A stretch of DNA of 64,000 nt from Candidatus Magasanikbacteria bacterium RIFCSPLOWO2_12_FULL_43_12 (GCA_001783065.1 MFQN01000004.1:22836-86835), one strand, 5' to 3'; positions 47,882 through 58,849 are shown, counted from the first letter of the stretch. Numbers and translations are program-made. The notes: generated by a model not told the origin, from the sequence alone.

Positions 47882-48365
47882 AGAAAAATGCGTGGGGCGG
47901 AAAACAACCGAAGGTTTTGTTATAATATTAAAAGAGAATGGGATTGAAGCAGATGAAAGTTTGGCGGTCAAGCTGCAGGTGGAAAAGGATGGAATTTATA
48001 AAAAAATAATAAAGAAAAAATTAAAAAGCGTGTTTAGAAAAAAGATAACAGATATCATTTTACAACTTGTTGAGAGAAAAAAGGTTCTGGCGGTGGCGAC
48101 ATCAGGGTCAAGAGAAGAAGTGGAGATTATTTTAGGCAAAGACGGGCTGGACTTGAAGAAAAATTTTAGTTATATTGTTACCGGGGAAGATGTGAAGAAA
48201 GGGAAACCGCATCCGGAAATTTATAGAAAAGTCGCCAAGATCGCTCGGGTGAAACTTAATAAATGTTTAGTTTTTGAAGATACAGGGGTTGGGGTTGTCT
48301 CGGCTTTTAGAGCGGGGATGAATGTGGTGGCCGTGCCCAGTGAATTTACCAAAGGGCAAGATTAG
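47844..48365 (+). pseudogene. HAD-family phosphatase fragment
   Basis: 'AVATS', 'KPHPEIY', 'VFEDTGVGV' present; N-terminal DxD motif I absent; ends abruptly. Confidence 0.65.
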
Positions 48366-48546
48366 AGAACTTAGGGTGGATTTTAGCAAAGATAAACACA
48401 GGATTTTTTATTTTACTATGATTGGCAAGAAAATAATTTTGTTACATGCTTTTAGAAAAAACACAAAAAAGACACCGCTATCAGAAATTAATACAGCGAT
48501 TAACAACTATCATGATGTTATAAATAATTTCCGATTGTATGACTAA
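48343..48546 (+). pseudogene. C-terminal half of a RelE-like (Gp49/DUF891) toxin
   Basis: 'KIRELRV...HRIFYF...IILLHAFRKNTKKTP'; no family-like N-terminus. Confidence 0.7.
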
Positions 48547-48826
48547 AAATATTAGTAATGATTTTGGTCAATACTTAAAAAAGGAATTAAAAAATTCCAG
48601 ATTTAAAAAGATGTTTGATGAATATGGCGAGCAATTGGAAGTGGCTTACCAGATTTTGCAGTTGCGCAAAAAACAAAAAGTGTCGCAATGCCAATTGGCC
48701 AAAAAAATCGGTACTACTCAAAGCAATGTGGCAAGGATGGAGGCCGGTAAACAGAATTTTTCAACAGATATGCTGGTGAGGGTGGCTTCGGCGTTAGGAA
48801 AGAAGTTGGAAGTGAGGTTTGTGTGA
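48539..48826 (+). CDS. XRE-family HTH antitoxin
   Basis: 'SQCQLAKKIGTTQSNVARMEAG'. Confidence 0.88.
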   Translation: MTKNISNDFGQYLKKELKNSRFKKMFDEYGEQLEVAYQILQLRKKQKVSQCQLAKKIGTTQSNVARMEAGKQNFSTDMLVRVASALGKKLEVRFV

Positions 48827-49161
48827 GACGACCAACAAGGAGGGGAATAAATTTTGTTAAACAAAAAATACTCTTAAAGAGTATTTTTATTTTAGTAAGG
48901 AAAATGGGCTGGTTAGCGCTATTGTCCTCACCCTTGCGGGGGGCTGCCGTTCGAAGTTGTTTTGTTGGTTTTTACTTTATATTATTCCACAAAAAATTAA
49001 ATAAAAAACCACCCATAATTTTCTATTAGTTGTATTTTTGGAAACCAAGCTTAATCTATCATAACCCTAAGATAATTTCAAGCCTAACTCACTGTTTAAA
49101 CACGGCCTTTAAAAAGAGTAAAATAAAAATGACCGTCGGGTCATTTAAAAATTAATTTCAC

Positions 49162-49347
49162 AGTCCCATCAGGGACGATAGATAATAGCCAGGCACTTTA
49201 GTGCCTGGAACCAGAATCAACAAACACTCAAAGTCCCGTAAGGACGACACAAAGCACTTCTGCCGTCCCTACGGGACTACGATTTAAATATGAATTTTTT
49301 CCAGGGCATAAATGCCCTGGCTACTATCTGGCGTCCCTATCGGGACT
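49162..49347. repeat. REP/BIME-like composite, GTCCCGTAGGGAC family (copy 2)
   Basis: Same architecture as 40592-40787. Confidence 0.85.
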
Positions 49348-49397
49348 TTGGTAGACATATTTCATGCTCAATATTCCATGTTCCGTCTCGCGCCGCC

Positions 49398-50918
49398 TCA
49401 CTCCACCTTCGCCCTATACTGCAACGCCTCTGCCACATGTTCAGTCGCGATATCGTCAACGCCGCCGAGGTCGGCGATGGTGCGGGCGAGTTTGAGGATG
49501 CGATGATAGCCGCGGGCCGAGAGATGCATTTGGGTTACGGCCTGGCGGAGAAGATCAATTGATTGGTCGTTTAATTTGCAAAACTCCCTGATATCTTTGT
49601 TTTTCATTTCGCTGTTCGCTTGATACGGCGAATTTTTTAATCTGACTCTCTGCCGTTCGCGCGCGGCCTCAACCCGTTCGCGAATTTTTTCCGAAGATTC
49701 GGCCAGTTCTTCTTTAGCAAGTTTTTCAAATTTCACTCGCGGCACTTCCACGTGCAGATCAATGCGGTCCAACAGAGGGCCGCTGATTTTTTTTCGGTAG
49801 CGCGAGATTTGCATCGGCGAACAAGCGCAGGTTCTATCCGGGTCGGTCGCGTAACCGCACGGACAGGGATTTTGGCTGGCGACAAGAGTGAAGCTGGCCG
49901 GAAAAGTAATCGTTCCTTGGGCGCGAGAGATAGTGACAACGCCGTCTTCCAGCGGCTGGCGCAAACTTTCCAAAACCGTGCGCGGAAATTCCGGAAATTC
50001 ATCTAAAAACAAAACCCCGCGATGGGCAAGAGAAATTTCTCCGGGCCGCGGAAATTTTCCGCCGCCGACAAGCGCGACATCTGACGCGCTATGGTGCGGC
50101 GCGCGAAATGGGCGTTCGGTGATTAACGGCATTTCTTCCGGCAACATGCCGGCAACGGAATAAATTTTTGTTACTTCAATCGCTTCGTCCGCGGTCATTT
50201 GCGGCAGAATTGACGGCAGGGTTCTCGCCAGCAAAGTTTTGCCAGACCCGGGCGGGCCGGAGAGCAAAATGTTGTGCGCGCCGGAAGCCGCGATTTCCAT
50301 CGCCCGCTTAACATATTCCTGTCCTTTTATATAGGCCATGTCCATTTCGTAAACAGAGCGGGAAAATAATTTGCTGATTTCTTGCGGTGGAAGCGGGGCG
50401 ATTTGTTCGAATTCAGACAAGTGGTTGACGATCGCGCGAAAAGACTCCACCGGATAGATTTCAATACCGGAAATCAGTCCGGCCTCTCTCGCGTTGCTCG
50501 CCGGCACAAAAATTTTTTGGTACCCGGCCTGTTTCGCGTAAATCGCCAACGGCAAAATTCCAGTGGTGCGCCGAAGTTTTCCGTCTAACGCCAACTCGCC
50601 GATGAATATTGAATTATTCAAATCCAATTCCGGCAATTCTAGCGCGGTGTACATGCCGACAGCCATCGGCAAATCAAAAGACGATCCTTCTTTGCGCACA
50701 TCCGCCGGCGCGAGGTTAATTAAAATCCGGTGGCCGTTTGGAAAATGCAATTCGCTATTTTTCCACGCCGCCCGGATTCTTTCTTTAGCTTCTTGTATCG
50801 CGGTGTCAGGCAAGCCCACGATTTGAAAATTCGGGAAACCTTTGCCAAGATCAATCTCCACGGTAATCGGCGCGCAGTCCAATCCGACCGTGGTGGAGGA
50901 ATTTATTTTTGTGTACAT
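49398..50918 (-). CDS. comM: YifB/ComM Mg-chelatase-family ATPase
   Basis: 'INLAPAD', 'GPPGSGKT', 'PGEISLAHRGVLFLDE', 'NPCPCG'. Confidence 0.95.
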   Translation of the reverse strand: MYTKINSSTTVGLDCAPITVEIDLGKGFPNFQIVGLPDTAIQEAKERIRAAWKNSELHFPNGHRILINLAPADVRKEGSSFDLPMAVGMYTALELPELDLNNSIFIGELALDGKLRRTTGILPLAIYAKQAGYQKIFVPASNAREAGLISGIEIYPVESFRAIVNHLSEFEQIAPLPPQEISKLFSRSVYEMDMAYIKGQEYVKRAMEIAASGAHNILLSGPPGSGKTLLARTLPSILPQMTADEAIEVTKIYSVAGMLPEEMPLITERPFRAPHHSASDVALVGGGKFPRPGEISLAHRGVLFLDEFPEFPRTVLESLRQPLEDGVVTISRAQGTITFPASFTLVASQNPCPCGYATDPDRTCACSPMQISRYRKKISGPLLDRIDLHVEVPRVKFEKLAKEELAESSEKIRERVEAARERQRVRLKNSPYQANSEMKNKDIREFCKLNDQSIDLLRQAVTQMHLSARGYHRILKLARTIADLGGVDDIATEHVAEALQYRAKVE

Positions 50919-50920
50919 AC

Positions 50921-52288
50921 TTATTTTACGTATTGGAACGGGTTGACGCGGCGGCCGTTGACGCGGACTTCAAAGTGAACATGGGGACCGGTTGAGCGTC
51001 CGGTAGATCCCATAGCGGCGATGGTTTGGCCTTGCGAAACCGATTCGCCGACCTTAACATACAAACGCGAATTGTGGCCGTAAAGAGTGATTATTCCGCC
51101 GCCATGGTCAATTATAACATAACAGCCATAGCCGCCATTCCAGCCGCACTGCGAGCGGGTAACTGTCCCCCCCCGCGAGGCATAGATTGGTATGCCAACC
51201 GGGCCGGCAATATCTATGCCAGTATGCCGCCAGGTAAAGTATTGCGTAATTCTGCGCACGGTTGTCGGCCATAAATAACCCGAACCAGCCGGCAGGTTAA
51301 TTGAAGAGGGTGGGGCCGAGATACTGCCAAACTGGGTGTAAACACGGCTTGGAGCGTAAACAGGCTGTGGTTTTAATCCATCAGGAATTACCAAACCTTC
51401 GCCAACAACAACATCAGACCCATCTTCTTTTAATTTATTGAATTTAATTATTTTTTCAACATCGGATTTGTAGAGTTTGGCGATTTTCGCGATCGTGTCG
51501 CCTTTCTTGACAGTATGAACAAGTCCGGACACCGGCAAGATTTTTAATTCATTTCCCGGCCGGATGTATGAACGTTCGGTTAAGTTGTTAGCCCAAAGCA
51601 CGGTGAGCACGCTAATGTGATATTTTTCCGCGATACTGCCGATAGTGTCGCCGGTTTGCACAACATGCAAGACAATTTGTGTTCTGGTCGGACCGGAAGT
51701 TGAGCCGGGGATAATCGCGCCGGGCAAGATGGTTGGTTTTGATAAAGCGGTTCCGCCCGCGCTGATAGACGCGATGTCTTGCGGCTGAATTGGTTGGATA
51801 GCGGCGCCGGTTGTTACTCCCGGTTGCGCGCCAACCGCGCCTTCTTTCCAGTTTGGCGCCGTAGTTCCTTGGTTAGAAACAGAAACCGTTTCAAAGGTTA
51901 TTTCTTCAAGACTGAAATCTTGTTCGCCCGGGCCGACAATCTTGTAGAGCAGTGTTTTTTGGCCGGTGATTTCAGTCGTGTCGCGCGTGTAAAGGCGGCT
52001 GTGCGGGATCATTAAAAAGACAACGATCAAAAAAATAATTACTTGGAGCACTCCTCTGCTGCCAAAAAATTCAGCCGCCCGATTTCCTTGGGTCAAATGA
52101 AGCTTGTTAGTCAGTTTTTTTAAACGAAAGCCGATTTTTAAAATCCTAAAGCCAAAAAAGTTTTTCGCGGCAAGGCCGGTTTTTATAAACAAAAAAGAAA
52201 ACCGTGCTAACGACCAAATTAGGCCTCGTTTTAGGTAAACCAAAGTTTTTAGGCCAATCAGCAGTATTTTGTGGTAGTTGATAGGCAT
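50921..52288 (-). CDS. LysM/M23 peptidoglycan endopeptidase
   Basis: Two LysM domains; 'HTGIDI', 'YGH', 'STGPHVHFEV'. Confidence 0.93.
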   Translation of the reverse strand: MPINYHKILLIGLKTLVYLKRGLIWSLARFSFLFIKTGLAAKNFFGFRILKIGFRLKKLTNKLHLTQGNRAAEFFGSRGVLQVIIFLIVVFLMIPHSRLYTRDTTEITGQKTLLYKIVGPGEQDFSLEEITFETVSVSNQGTTAPNWKEGAVGAQPGVTTGAAIQPIQPQDIASISAGGTALSKPTILPGAIIPGSTSGPTRTQIVLHVVQTGDTIGSIAEKYHISVLTVLWANNLTERSYIRPGNELKILPVSGLVHTVKKGDTIAKIAKLYKSDVEKIIKFNKLKEDGSDVVVGEGLVIPDGLKPQPVYAPSRVYTQFGSISAPPSSINLPAGSGYLWPTTVRRITQYFTWRHTGIDIAGPVGIPIYASRGGTVTRSQCGWNGGYGCYVIIDHGGGIITLYGHNSRLYVKVGESVSQGQTIAAMGSTGRSTGPHVHFEVRVNGRRVNPFQYVK

Positions 52289-52435
52289 AAAACAGAAGGT
52301 AGATATTATCTACCTATTTTGTCTCTCTGTCAACGATTAAAGTATAGCATAGATTGGGCCGTTGATTAAGTGTTTTGGGATTTTAAAACAAAACCACCCA
52401 CAAGCTGTGGGTGACTAAAGAAGCGCCGGCATTAT

Positions 52436-52696
52436 TTATTGGTAAATATCGTGATCTCCCACAGAATGAAAACACACCATATTTTTGTCTTTGGAGAATT
52501 CAAAAATTATTCGGTATTTATAGCTGACAGAAAAAGATAAAAAGCCGCTCAATTTGCCTTTTAGCCGGTGTGTTTTTAGTTTGGGATCAAATATGTTTTT
52601 GCGGAAAAGCGCTTCTTGCTCCTCGGCAATAGTTTTAATGGCGCTGGGCAGTTTTTTGTATTCCCGAGCGAATTTTGGGCTGTAAATTATCTCCAT
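52436..52696 (-). CDS. RelE/YafQ-superfamily toxin
   Basis: 'LKTHRLKGKL', 'YRIIFEF', 'VGDHDIY'. Confidence 0.85.
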   Translation of the reverse strand: MEIIYSPKFAREYKKLPSAIKTIAEEQEALFRKNIFDPKLKTHRLKGKLSGFLSFSVSYKYRIIFEFSKDKNMVCFHSVGDHDIYQ

Positions 52697-52708
52697 ATCC
52701 GGCGGAGA

Positions 52709-52924
52709 CTACCTTAAATTTTTTAAAGATTTTAAAACTTTGCCCTTGCCAGCTGCGATTTCTAGACGGCTCTTGTTTAATTCTTTCAGAAGCTGGTTTT
52801 CTTGCCAGTCTCTTAGCAGTTCTCTAAAAAATTCACTGGTTGAAGAGTAGGATCCGGTTTTAACGGCGTTTTTAACCGTTTTGACCATGAGAGGGGGGAG
52901 AGACAGGTTGAGTACTTGACGCAT
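52709..52924 (-). CDS. ribbon-helix-helix antitoxin
   Basis: 'VLNLSLP', 'YSSTSEFFRELLR'. Confidence 0.8.
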   Translation of the reverse strand: MRQVLNLSLPPLMVKTVKNAVKTGSYSSTSEFFRELLRDWQENQLLKELNKSRLEIAAGKGKVLKSLKNLR

Positions 52925-53284
52925 AGGCGTAAAATTAATTGTATTACATTGTAATACAATAGTATCATGGAGCAAAAACTTTGTCAAGCGCTTGTGCAGA
53001 TCCAAATTATTTTCTCACCCCACAATCATTGTGTTGTGTCTCGCGTCAGTCCTGTCTGGAGAGCTGGCGCGGGATCACTTTCGTGTCTCCTTGTAGTTGC
53101 CGGGCTGAATAAGTTCACCCACATTCTGGACTCCTAATCAGGGTCTATATGAGACAATTTTGTATATATAAAGGTATCAACCAGCAGGATTTTGTGGTAG
53201 TTGATGGGCATTTTTTGAATAGCGCTGATTTAGATAGATTTTGTCGGATTACACAGATTTTGGAACAACAGCGGATTATAAAAT

Positions 53285-54445
53285 TTAGTCAATAAACAAT
53301 GGATTGCTACTGTCAATGATTTTGACTTTCACGCGATATTGGTTTTCAAAAGCCCTGGTATTTATATTTTGTTTTTTCCATTTGATTTCATAAGCGGAAA
53401 TTCTTCCGCCTTCTTTTACGATCATGTCCACCTCGCTCTTTGCCTTTGAACGCCAAAAAAACAGATTTCTTTTTCGGCCAAAGAGCAAATTGTGTTTGGC
53501 AAATTCCGCCACTACCCAGTTCTCCCACAATTGGCCGATGTCGCTTCGCAACGGATTTAAAGAAAATTCATTCAAGATGGCGTTTCTGACACCAGTGTCA
53601 TAGAAATAAATTTTGCGGCTTTTTGAAATTTCCTTTCTCGGATTTGTGCTGAATGCCGGCAAGCGAAAAATTACAAAAGTTTCTTCCAGTAAGTCAAGAT
53701 ATTTGTTGATCGTAGCCTTGTTGATTCCCAAACCGCTCGCCAACTCGTTCACGGAGACCTCCGCGCCAGCTTGATGCGCCAACAGCATCAATAATTTTTT
53801 GATTAAATCCGGAGTTTTAATCAAGCCGAGCTGGAGCACGTCTTTTAGCAGGTAGTCTGACACCAGATTTAATAAATATTGCTGTTTATCCGCGGAATTA
53901 ATCGTTTCCGGATAATTGCCAAAAACCAGAGATTGGATCAACAGAGAGTTTATTTGCGGCCCGAAATTTTTATTCAAAGCGGCATTTTCATAGGTGGCGG
54001 AATACCACGGCTGGCTGGCGACGACCTCTTTAAATAAAAACGGAGACAGGAAAAGTTTTTCGTTCCGTCCAGTCAGGCTTTCCGCGGGTTGATTTATCAG
54101 GTCTAAACTTGAAGAACCAAGCAAAAAAATTTTTGGATTAACTGACGCGTCATACCAGCCTTTGATAATCTGGCCGGTATTTTTTAATCTTTGCGCCTCA
54201 TCAATGATAAGGTAGCTTGGCTCACCGATTGTTTTCATGGCCTGAAACGGCTCCAATGTTGACATGGCCAAAAACCTGTTCTTATCCACCTCAATATCCA
54301 AATTTAAAAACGCCGTCTTTTCATTGGCCAGAATGTGTCTTATTAACGTGGTTTTGCCAACCTGCCGCGCTCCTAAGATTATTAGAACCTTGCTATTTTT
54401 GAGCGTTTTTGACAGAATCTCTTCAGCGATCCTTTTTATATACAT
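53285..54445 (-). CDS. AAA ATPase with DUF4143 domain
   Basis: 'GARQVGKTT', 'IDEAQ', 'ESLTGR', 'KIYFYDTG', 'EVD...YEIK'. Confidence 0.9.
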   Translation of the reverse strand: MYIKRIAEEILSKTLKNSKVLIILGARQVGKTTLIRHILANEKTAFLNLDIEVDKNRFLAMSTLEPFQAMKTIGEPSYLIIDEAQRLKNTGQIIKGWYDASVNPKIFLLGSSSLDLINQPAESLTGRNEKLFLSPFLFKEVVASQPWYSATYENAALNKNFGPQINSLLIQSLVFGNYPETINSADKQQYLLNLVSDYLLKDVLQLGLIKTPDLIKKLLMLLAHQAGAEVSVNELASGLGINKATINKYLDLLEETFVIFRLPAFSTNPRKEISKSRKIYFYDTGVRNAILNEFSLNPLRSDIGQLWENWVVAEFAKHNLLFGRKRNLFFWRSKAKSEVDMIVKEGGRISAYEIKWKKQNINTRAFENQYRVKVKIIDSSNPLFID

Positions 54446-54795
54446 AAAAAATAGATTATTCTATATACCGTAGTATATCAAATAATATATAATTTGTCAA
54501 TAGAAGTCTCTTTCTGTTGTATTTTGTTGTTGTGTCAACTTGCCCAAAGCGATTTCGGATCGATCGAAATGGAGTCGGTGGGTGGGTAGAGTATAGCACA
54601 AATTCAGTCCGGGATTAAGTCCAAGACGTATGTGGCCTTGTATATGGCATTATCCACATGTCATTTTATTTTTTAAAAAAAGGCGGCGTGTCTTGACTCT
54701 TTTAACATTTTATGTAAATATATTAACGTCAAGTTGCCGGGCATGGTGTCCGGAAATACTAGACGAGATGTCAAGAAAGATGAGGAGGATGGAAC

Positions 54796-55275
54796 GTGAA
54801 TACCAAGTGGACTCCCGGGCTGGTCAAAGATGTGCAGGCCTTACTGATCATCACTGGCTACGATAAGAGCGGCCGGCTGAACGCCGACGGCGACCTCGGC
54901 GAGCACACACGGAATGCCTTGTTGGCATTTCAGGCGCACGAGGAGCTCGAGCAGACCGGAGAACTGAACGAGGAAGTGCTTCAGCACATGGCCAACCATT
55001 TCTTCGACCCGTCGGCAGGTGGGGTGGATCCTATCAAGAGAATCCAGGCGGCCATGTTCCTTGAAGGCTTTGACTCCGGCGGCGAGCTCATCGTCGATGG
55101 CGTTCTTGGCGAGCACACACAGAAGATGCTTCCGCTCCTCACCGCACACTACTACGTCATGAACAGGAGCTACTGCATCGATCTCCCCGAGGCCGATGAG
55201 AAAGCGCCGGACGGTTGCCGCGCCGAGACCGTCGATGTGCCGCCGAACGGCGAGGGCGAGCGCAACCGGCTCTAG
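54796..55275 (+). CDS. peptidoglycan-binding domain protein, GC-rich
   Basis: Two 'DG.LGEHT' PG-binding repeats; GGAGGA RBS before GTG. Confidence 0.75.
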   Translation: MNTKWTPGLVKDVQALLIITGYDKSGRLNADGDLGEHTRNALLAFQAHEELEQTGELNEEVLQHMANHFFDPSAGGVDPIKRIQAAMFLEGFDSGGELIVDGVLGEHTQKMLPLLTAHYYVMNRSYCIDLPEADEKAPDGCRAETVDVPPNGEGERNRL

Positions 55276-55682
55276 CCGAATGCGGCTCGAACCATCCACC
55301 TTCCGTTTCTTCCACACGACATCCAATCTCTCGTTGGGTGCGCGCCGCAAGCCCATCCAACTCCCCAAGGTGACAACTTTTCACTTTAGGGAGATGGGTT
55401 TGCAAAAATAATAAAACCACCTATAGAAATATGGATGGTTTTTTGTTTTGTTTACACAGCCGTCTTTTTGCGGAGGATGTATATTTTGTTTATGAAATGT
55501 TAAACGGATTAAAATTTTGTTTTAGCAGATTTTGGACAGGGTAGATAAACTTGCTAACATTTTTTTATAGGGTTGGTACAAAATAAGTTTAACACTGATT
55601 ATTACAAAACACAATCTTGACTTTTATCGTCCGTCTTTCTATAATATACCCCGTTAAACCATCTAACTCTTAACTCAATATT

Positions 55683-57674
55683 ATGCTCGGAACATGGCTT
55701 TTGGTTCTTCTACCGGCAGTAGCGGCGATTGTTTACGGCATCGCGCTGATTTTTTTAATAAACAAGTTGCCGGCCGGCACGGATCGGATGCAAGCGATCG
55801 CGCGGGCGATTGAAGACGGCGCGAAAGCGTATTTAAAACGCCAATTTAGCACGATTGCTTTAGTCGCGGTGGTATTTTTTGCCGTGTTGTGGTGGTTTTT
55901 GGGTTGGAAAACAGGTTTGGGATTTTTGATCGGCGCCGCATTTTCCGGTTTAGCCGGTTATTTGGGCATGCGTGTTTCTGTTAAAGCCAATGTTAGGACA
56001 ACCGAAGCCGCGAAAAAGGGGCTTAAACAAGCGCTTGATGTGGCTGTTAAGGGCGGATCAATTACCGGTCTGTTAGTCGTTGGTTTAGGGCTTTTGGGTG
56101 TTGGTGGTTTTTATTTAATTTTTAAAGATATTAATTCTTTGATTGGTTTAGCCTTCGGCGGAAGTTTAATCTCTATATTTGCCAGAATTGGCGGCGGAAT
56201 TTTTACCAAGGCCGCTGATGTTGGCGCGGATTTGGTCGGCAAAGTTGAAAAAGGAATTCCGGAAGACGACCCGAGGAATCCGGCGGTCATCGCGGATAAT
56301 GTAGGCGACAATGTTGGCGATTGCGCCGGCATGGCCGCGGATTTGTTTGAAACTTACGCGGTTACGGCTGTCGCGGCAATGGTGCTCGGCGCCCTAACTT
56401 TCAAAGGTAATGAATCCGCGATTATGTTTCCGCTGATTTTGGGCGGAATTTCAATTATTGCCTCCATTATTGGAACATTTTTTATCAAACTTGGCAAAAA
56501 GAAAAACATCATGGCCGCGTTATATAAAGGATTGGTGGCGGCGGGAGTGTTGGCTTTCATCGGTTTTTATTTCGCCAGCCGCGCTTACGCTGGTGATTTG
56601 GGATTATCCGTTAAACAATTATTGGGAAGCGCGTTAGCCGGTTTAATTTTAACCGGACTAATGGTTTGGATTACCGAGTACTATACTTCAACAAAATACG
56701 GGCCGGTAAAATCAATTGCCAAAGCTTCTGAAACCGGACACGGCACAAATGTCATCACCGGTTTGGCAGTATCAATGAAAGCAACCGCTTTGCCGGTGAT
56801 TTTTATCGTGGCGGCAGTGCTTGTCGCGTTTAATTTAGCCGGAATTTATGGCGTGGCAATCGCGGCTATGGCAATGCTATCTTTGGCCGGAATAATCGTA
56901 ACAATTGACGCTTATGGTCCAATCACTGATAATGCCGGCGGCATTGCCGAGATGGCGGAATTGGGCGAGGAAGTTCGCGCGGTGACTGATCCGTTGGACG
57001 CGGTCGGCAACACAACCAAAGCGGTAACCAAAGGTTACGCGATTGCTTCCGCCGGTTTGGCCGCGTTGGTTTTGTTCGCGGATTTCACGCATAAATTAGT
57101 TGAGCGCGGAATTTCGTCAGTATTTAAAATTGACGACCCGTTAGTTTTGGCCGGATTATTTATCGGCGGTCTTCTACCATATTTATTCGGTTCGTTGTTA
57201 ATGCAGTCAGTCGGCAAAGTCGCCGGCAAAGTGGTGGAAGAAGTGCGCCGGCAATTTAAAGAAATTGCCGGAATTATGGATGGGCGCGGCAAGCCGGATT
57301 ACGCGAAATGCGTTGATATTGTTACCAAAGGCGCGATTGGTCAAATGGTTTTACCAGCATTGATTCCGGTTGTCGCGCCGATTTTAGTTGGGATATTTTT
57401 AGGCGCCGCGGCATTAGGCGGCCTTCTGGTTGGAACAATTGTCACCGGTTTGTTTGTCGCGATTTCCATGACAGCCGGCGGAGGCGCGTGGGATAACGCG
57501 AAAAAATATATTGAAAGCGGAAATTACGGCGGCAAGGGTTCGTTCGCGCATCAAGCCGCTGTGACTGGTGATACAGTCGGTGATCCATACAAAGACACCG
57601 CCGGTCCGGCGATTAATCCGATGATAAAAGTTGCAAATATAGTTGCGTTGTTGATAGTGGGGTTATTAAAATAA
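55683..57674 (+). CDS. hppA: membrane-bound pyrophosphatase (K+-independent H+-PPase signature)
   Basis: '[11 protein letters not shown]', 'DNVGDNVGD', 'GNTTKA' (Lys form), '[10 protein letters not shown]'. Confidence 0.95.
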   Translation: MLGTWLLVLLPAVAAIVYGIALIFLINKLPAGTDRMQAIARAIEDGAKAYLKRQFSTIALVAVVFFAVLWWFLGWKTGLGFLIGAAFSGLAGYLGMRVSVKANVRTTEAAKKGLKQALDVAVKGGSITGLLVVGLGLLGVGGFYLIFKDINSLIGLAFGGSLISIFARIGGGIFTKAADVGADLVGKVEKGIPEDDPRNPAVIADNVGDNVGDCAGMAADLFETYAVTAVAAMVLGALTFKGNESAIMFPLILGGISIIASIIGTFFIKLGKKKNIMAALYKGLVAAGVLAFIGFYFASRAYAGDLGLSVKQLLGSALAGLILTGLMVWITEYYTSTKYGPVKSIAKASETGHGTNVITGLAVSMKATALPVIFIVAAVLVAFNLAGIYGVAIAAMAMLSLAGIIVTIDAYGPITDNAGGIAEMAELGEEVRAVTDPLDAVGNTTKAVTKGYAIASAGLAALVLFADFTHKLVERGISSVFKIDDPLVLAGLFIGGLLPYLFGSLLMQSVGKVAGKVVEEVRRQFKEIAGIMDGRGKPDYAKCVDIVTKGAIGQMVLPALIPVVAPILVGIFLGAAALGGLLVGTIVTGLFVAISMTAGGGAWDNAKKYIESGNYGGKGSFAHQAAVTGDTVGDPYKDTAGPAINPMIKVANIVALLIVGLLK

Positions 57675-57787
57675 AAAAATTGGAAGACTCAAAGATTGTC
57701 CCGCAGTGAGCGGGATCCAGCTGTGGCGGGAAAAAATTACGACACCTCCGATTGCGGGGGGTGTTTTATTGACAAATATTTTAATAT

Positions 57788-57808
57788 GGTGTACACTTAA
57801 GATACACC
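57788..57808. promoter_or_regulatory. palindromic operator in TA promoter
   Basis: ggtgta-N9-tacacc overlapping the -10 region downstream of TTGACA at 57769. Confidence 0.5.
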
Positions 57809-57828
57809 TTAATAAATAATAAAAATAT

Positions 57829-58080
57829 ATGGTTACCAAACTTGTCGGTGTGAAGGAGTTTCGCCAGAATATCGCTTCTTATTACCGTAAATCAATTAAG
57901 AATGATTGGCGGTTTTTAATCATGAACCGCAACCAGCCGATTTTTGAAGTCAAGCCAATCAGCCGCAAAAACGCCACTTTGGAAAAGTTGTATGCTGACA
58001 TTGCCAAAGCGCGCGATGATTATAAACAAGGTAGATACTATACAGCGGAAGAGGTAAGAAAACAGCTGGGGATTGATTAA
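57829..58080 (+). CDS. Phd/YefM-like antitoxin
   Basis: 'VGVKEFRQN', 'IMNRNQP'; precedes a RelE gene. Confidence 0.75.
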   Translation: MVTKLVGVKEFRQNIASYYRKSIKNDWRFLIMNRNQPIFEVKPISRKNATLEKLYADIAKARDDYKQGRYYTAEEVRKQLGID

Positions 58081-58083
58081 AAT

Positions 58084-58353
58084 ATGATTTCTCTCCCGCA
58101 TTACACGACACAAGCCGCTGAAGATTTGAAAAGAATAGAAAAAATGACAGCGCAAAGAATTTTGGATAAAGTTGACTTCTACTGTCGGCAAAGCAATCCA
58201 TTGCATTACGCCAAAAAACTTACAAATTTTTCCGGCGGGCGGTACCGTTTTCGTGTTGGCGATTACCGAGTTATTTTTGATCTTGATGAAAGAGGGAATA
58301 TAATAATTTTGGTGATTTTGACGGTTCGCCATCGGCGGGAGGCGTATGATTAA
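58084..58353 (+). CDS. RelE/ParE toxin
   Basis: 'YRFRVGDYRVIF', 'HRREAY'. Confidence 0.9.
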   Translation: MISLPHYTTQAAEDLKRIEKMTAQRILDKVDFYCRQSNPLHYAKKLTNFSGGRYRFRVGDYRVIFDLDERGNIIILVILTVRHRREAYD

Positions 58354-58465
58354 TTCAATAAATAGTTTGTGGATTTAGAAAAAAATTGTTGTGCAATCCA
58401 GATCAATACGGTATACTATACAAAAGAAGGCCGTGGTTTAAATTAATTAATTAAATCGTAAAACT

Positions 58466-58849
58466 ATGTTAGAACAATTGGCGCAATACAACAACATCGG
58501 ACTTTTCGTTCTTCGTTTGGCAGTGGCAATAATTTTTATTTATCACTCCTTGCCGAAGTTTAAGAACACAAAAGGCATGGCGCAGATGATGGGCGCGCCA
58601 GCTGGAGCGATATTGGCGCTTGGCGCGGTGGAGTTTTTATCGGCCGTTGGGTTGGCGCTTGGCATCTACTCGCAATTTGCCGCGTTGTTTTTGGCGATTA
58701 TAATGGTCGGCGCCATGGGAATGAAAATAATGAAATGGAAAGTTCCGTTCGCGGCGATGGATAAAAACGGTTGGGAATTTGATTTGATTTTGTTTGCCGC
58801 CAGTGTCGCTATTCTGTTCGGTGGCGGTGGAACAATCGGATTATTATGA
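58466..58849 (+). CDS. DoxX-family membrane protein
   Basis: 'LRLAVAIIFIYH..PK', 'GWEFDL'. Confidence 0.85.
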   Translation: MLEQLAQYNNIGLFVLRLAVAIIFIYHSLPKFKNTKGMAQMMGAPAGAILALGAVEFLSAVGLALGIYSQFAALFLAIIMVGAMGMKIMKWKVPFAAMDKNGWEFDLILFAASVAILFGGGGTIGLL

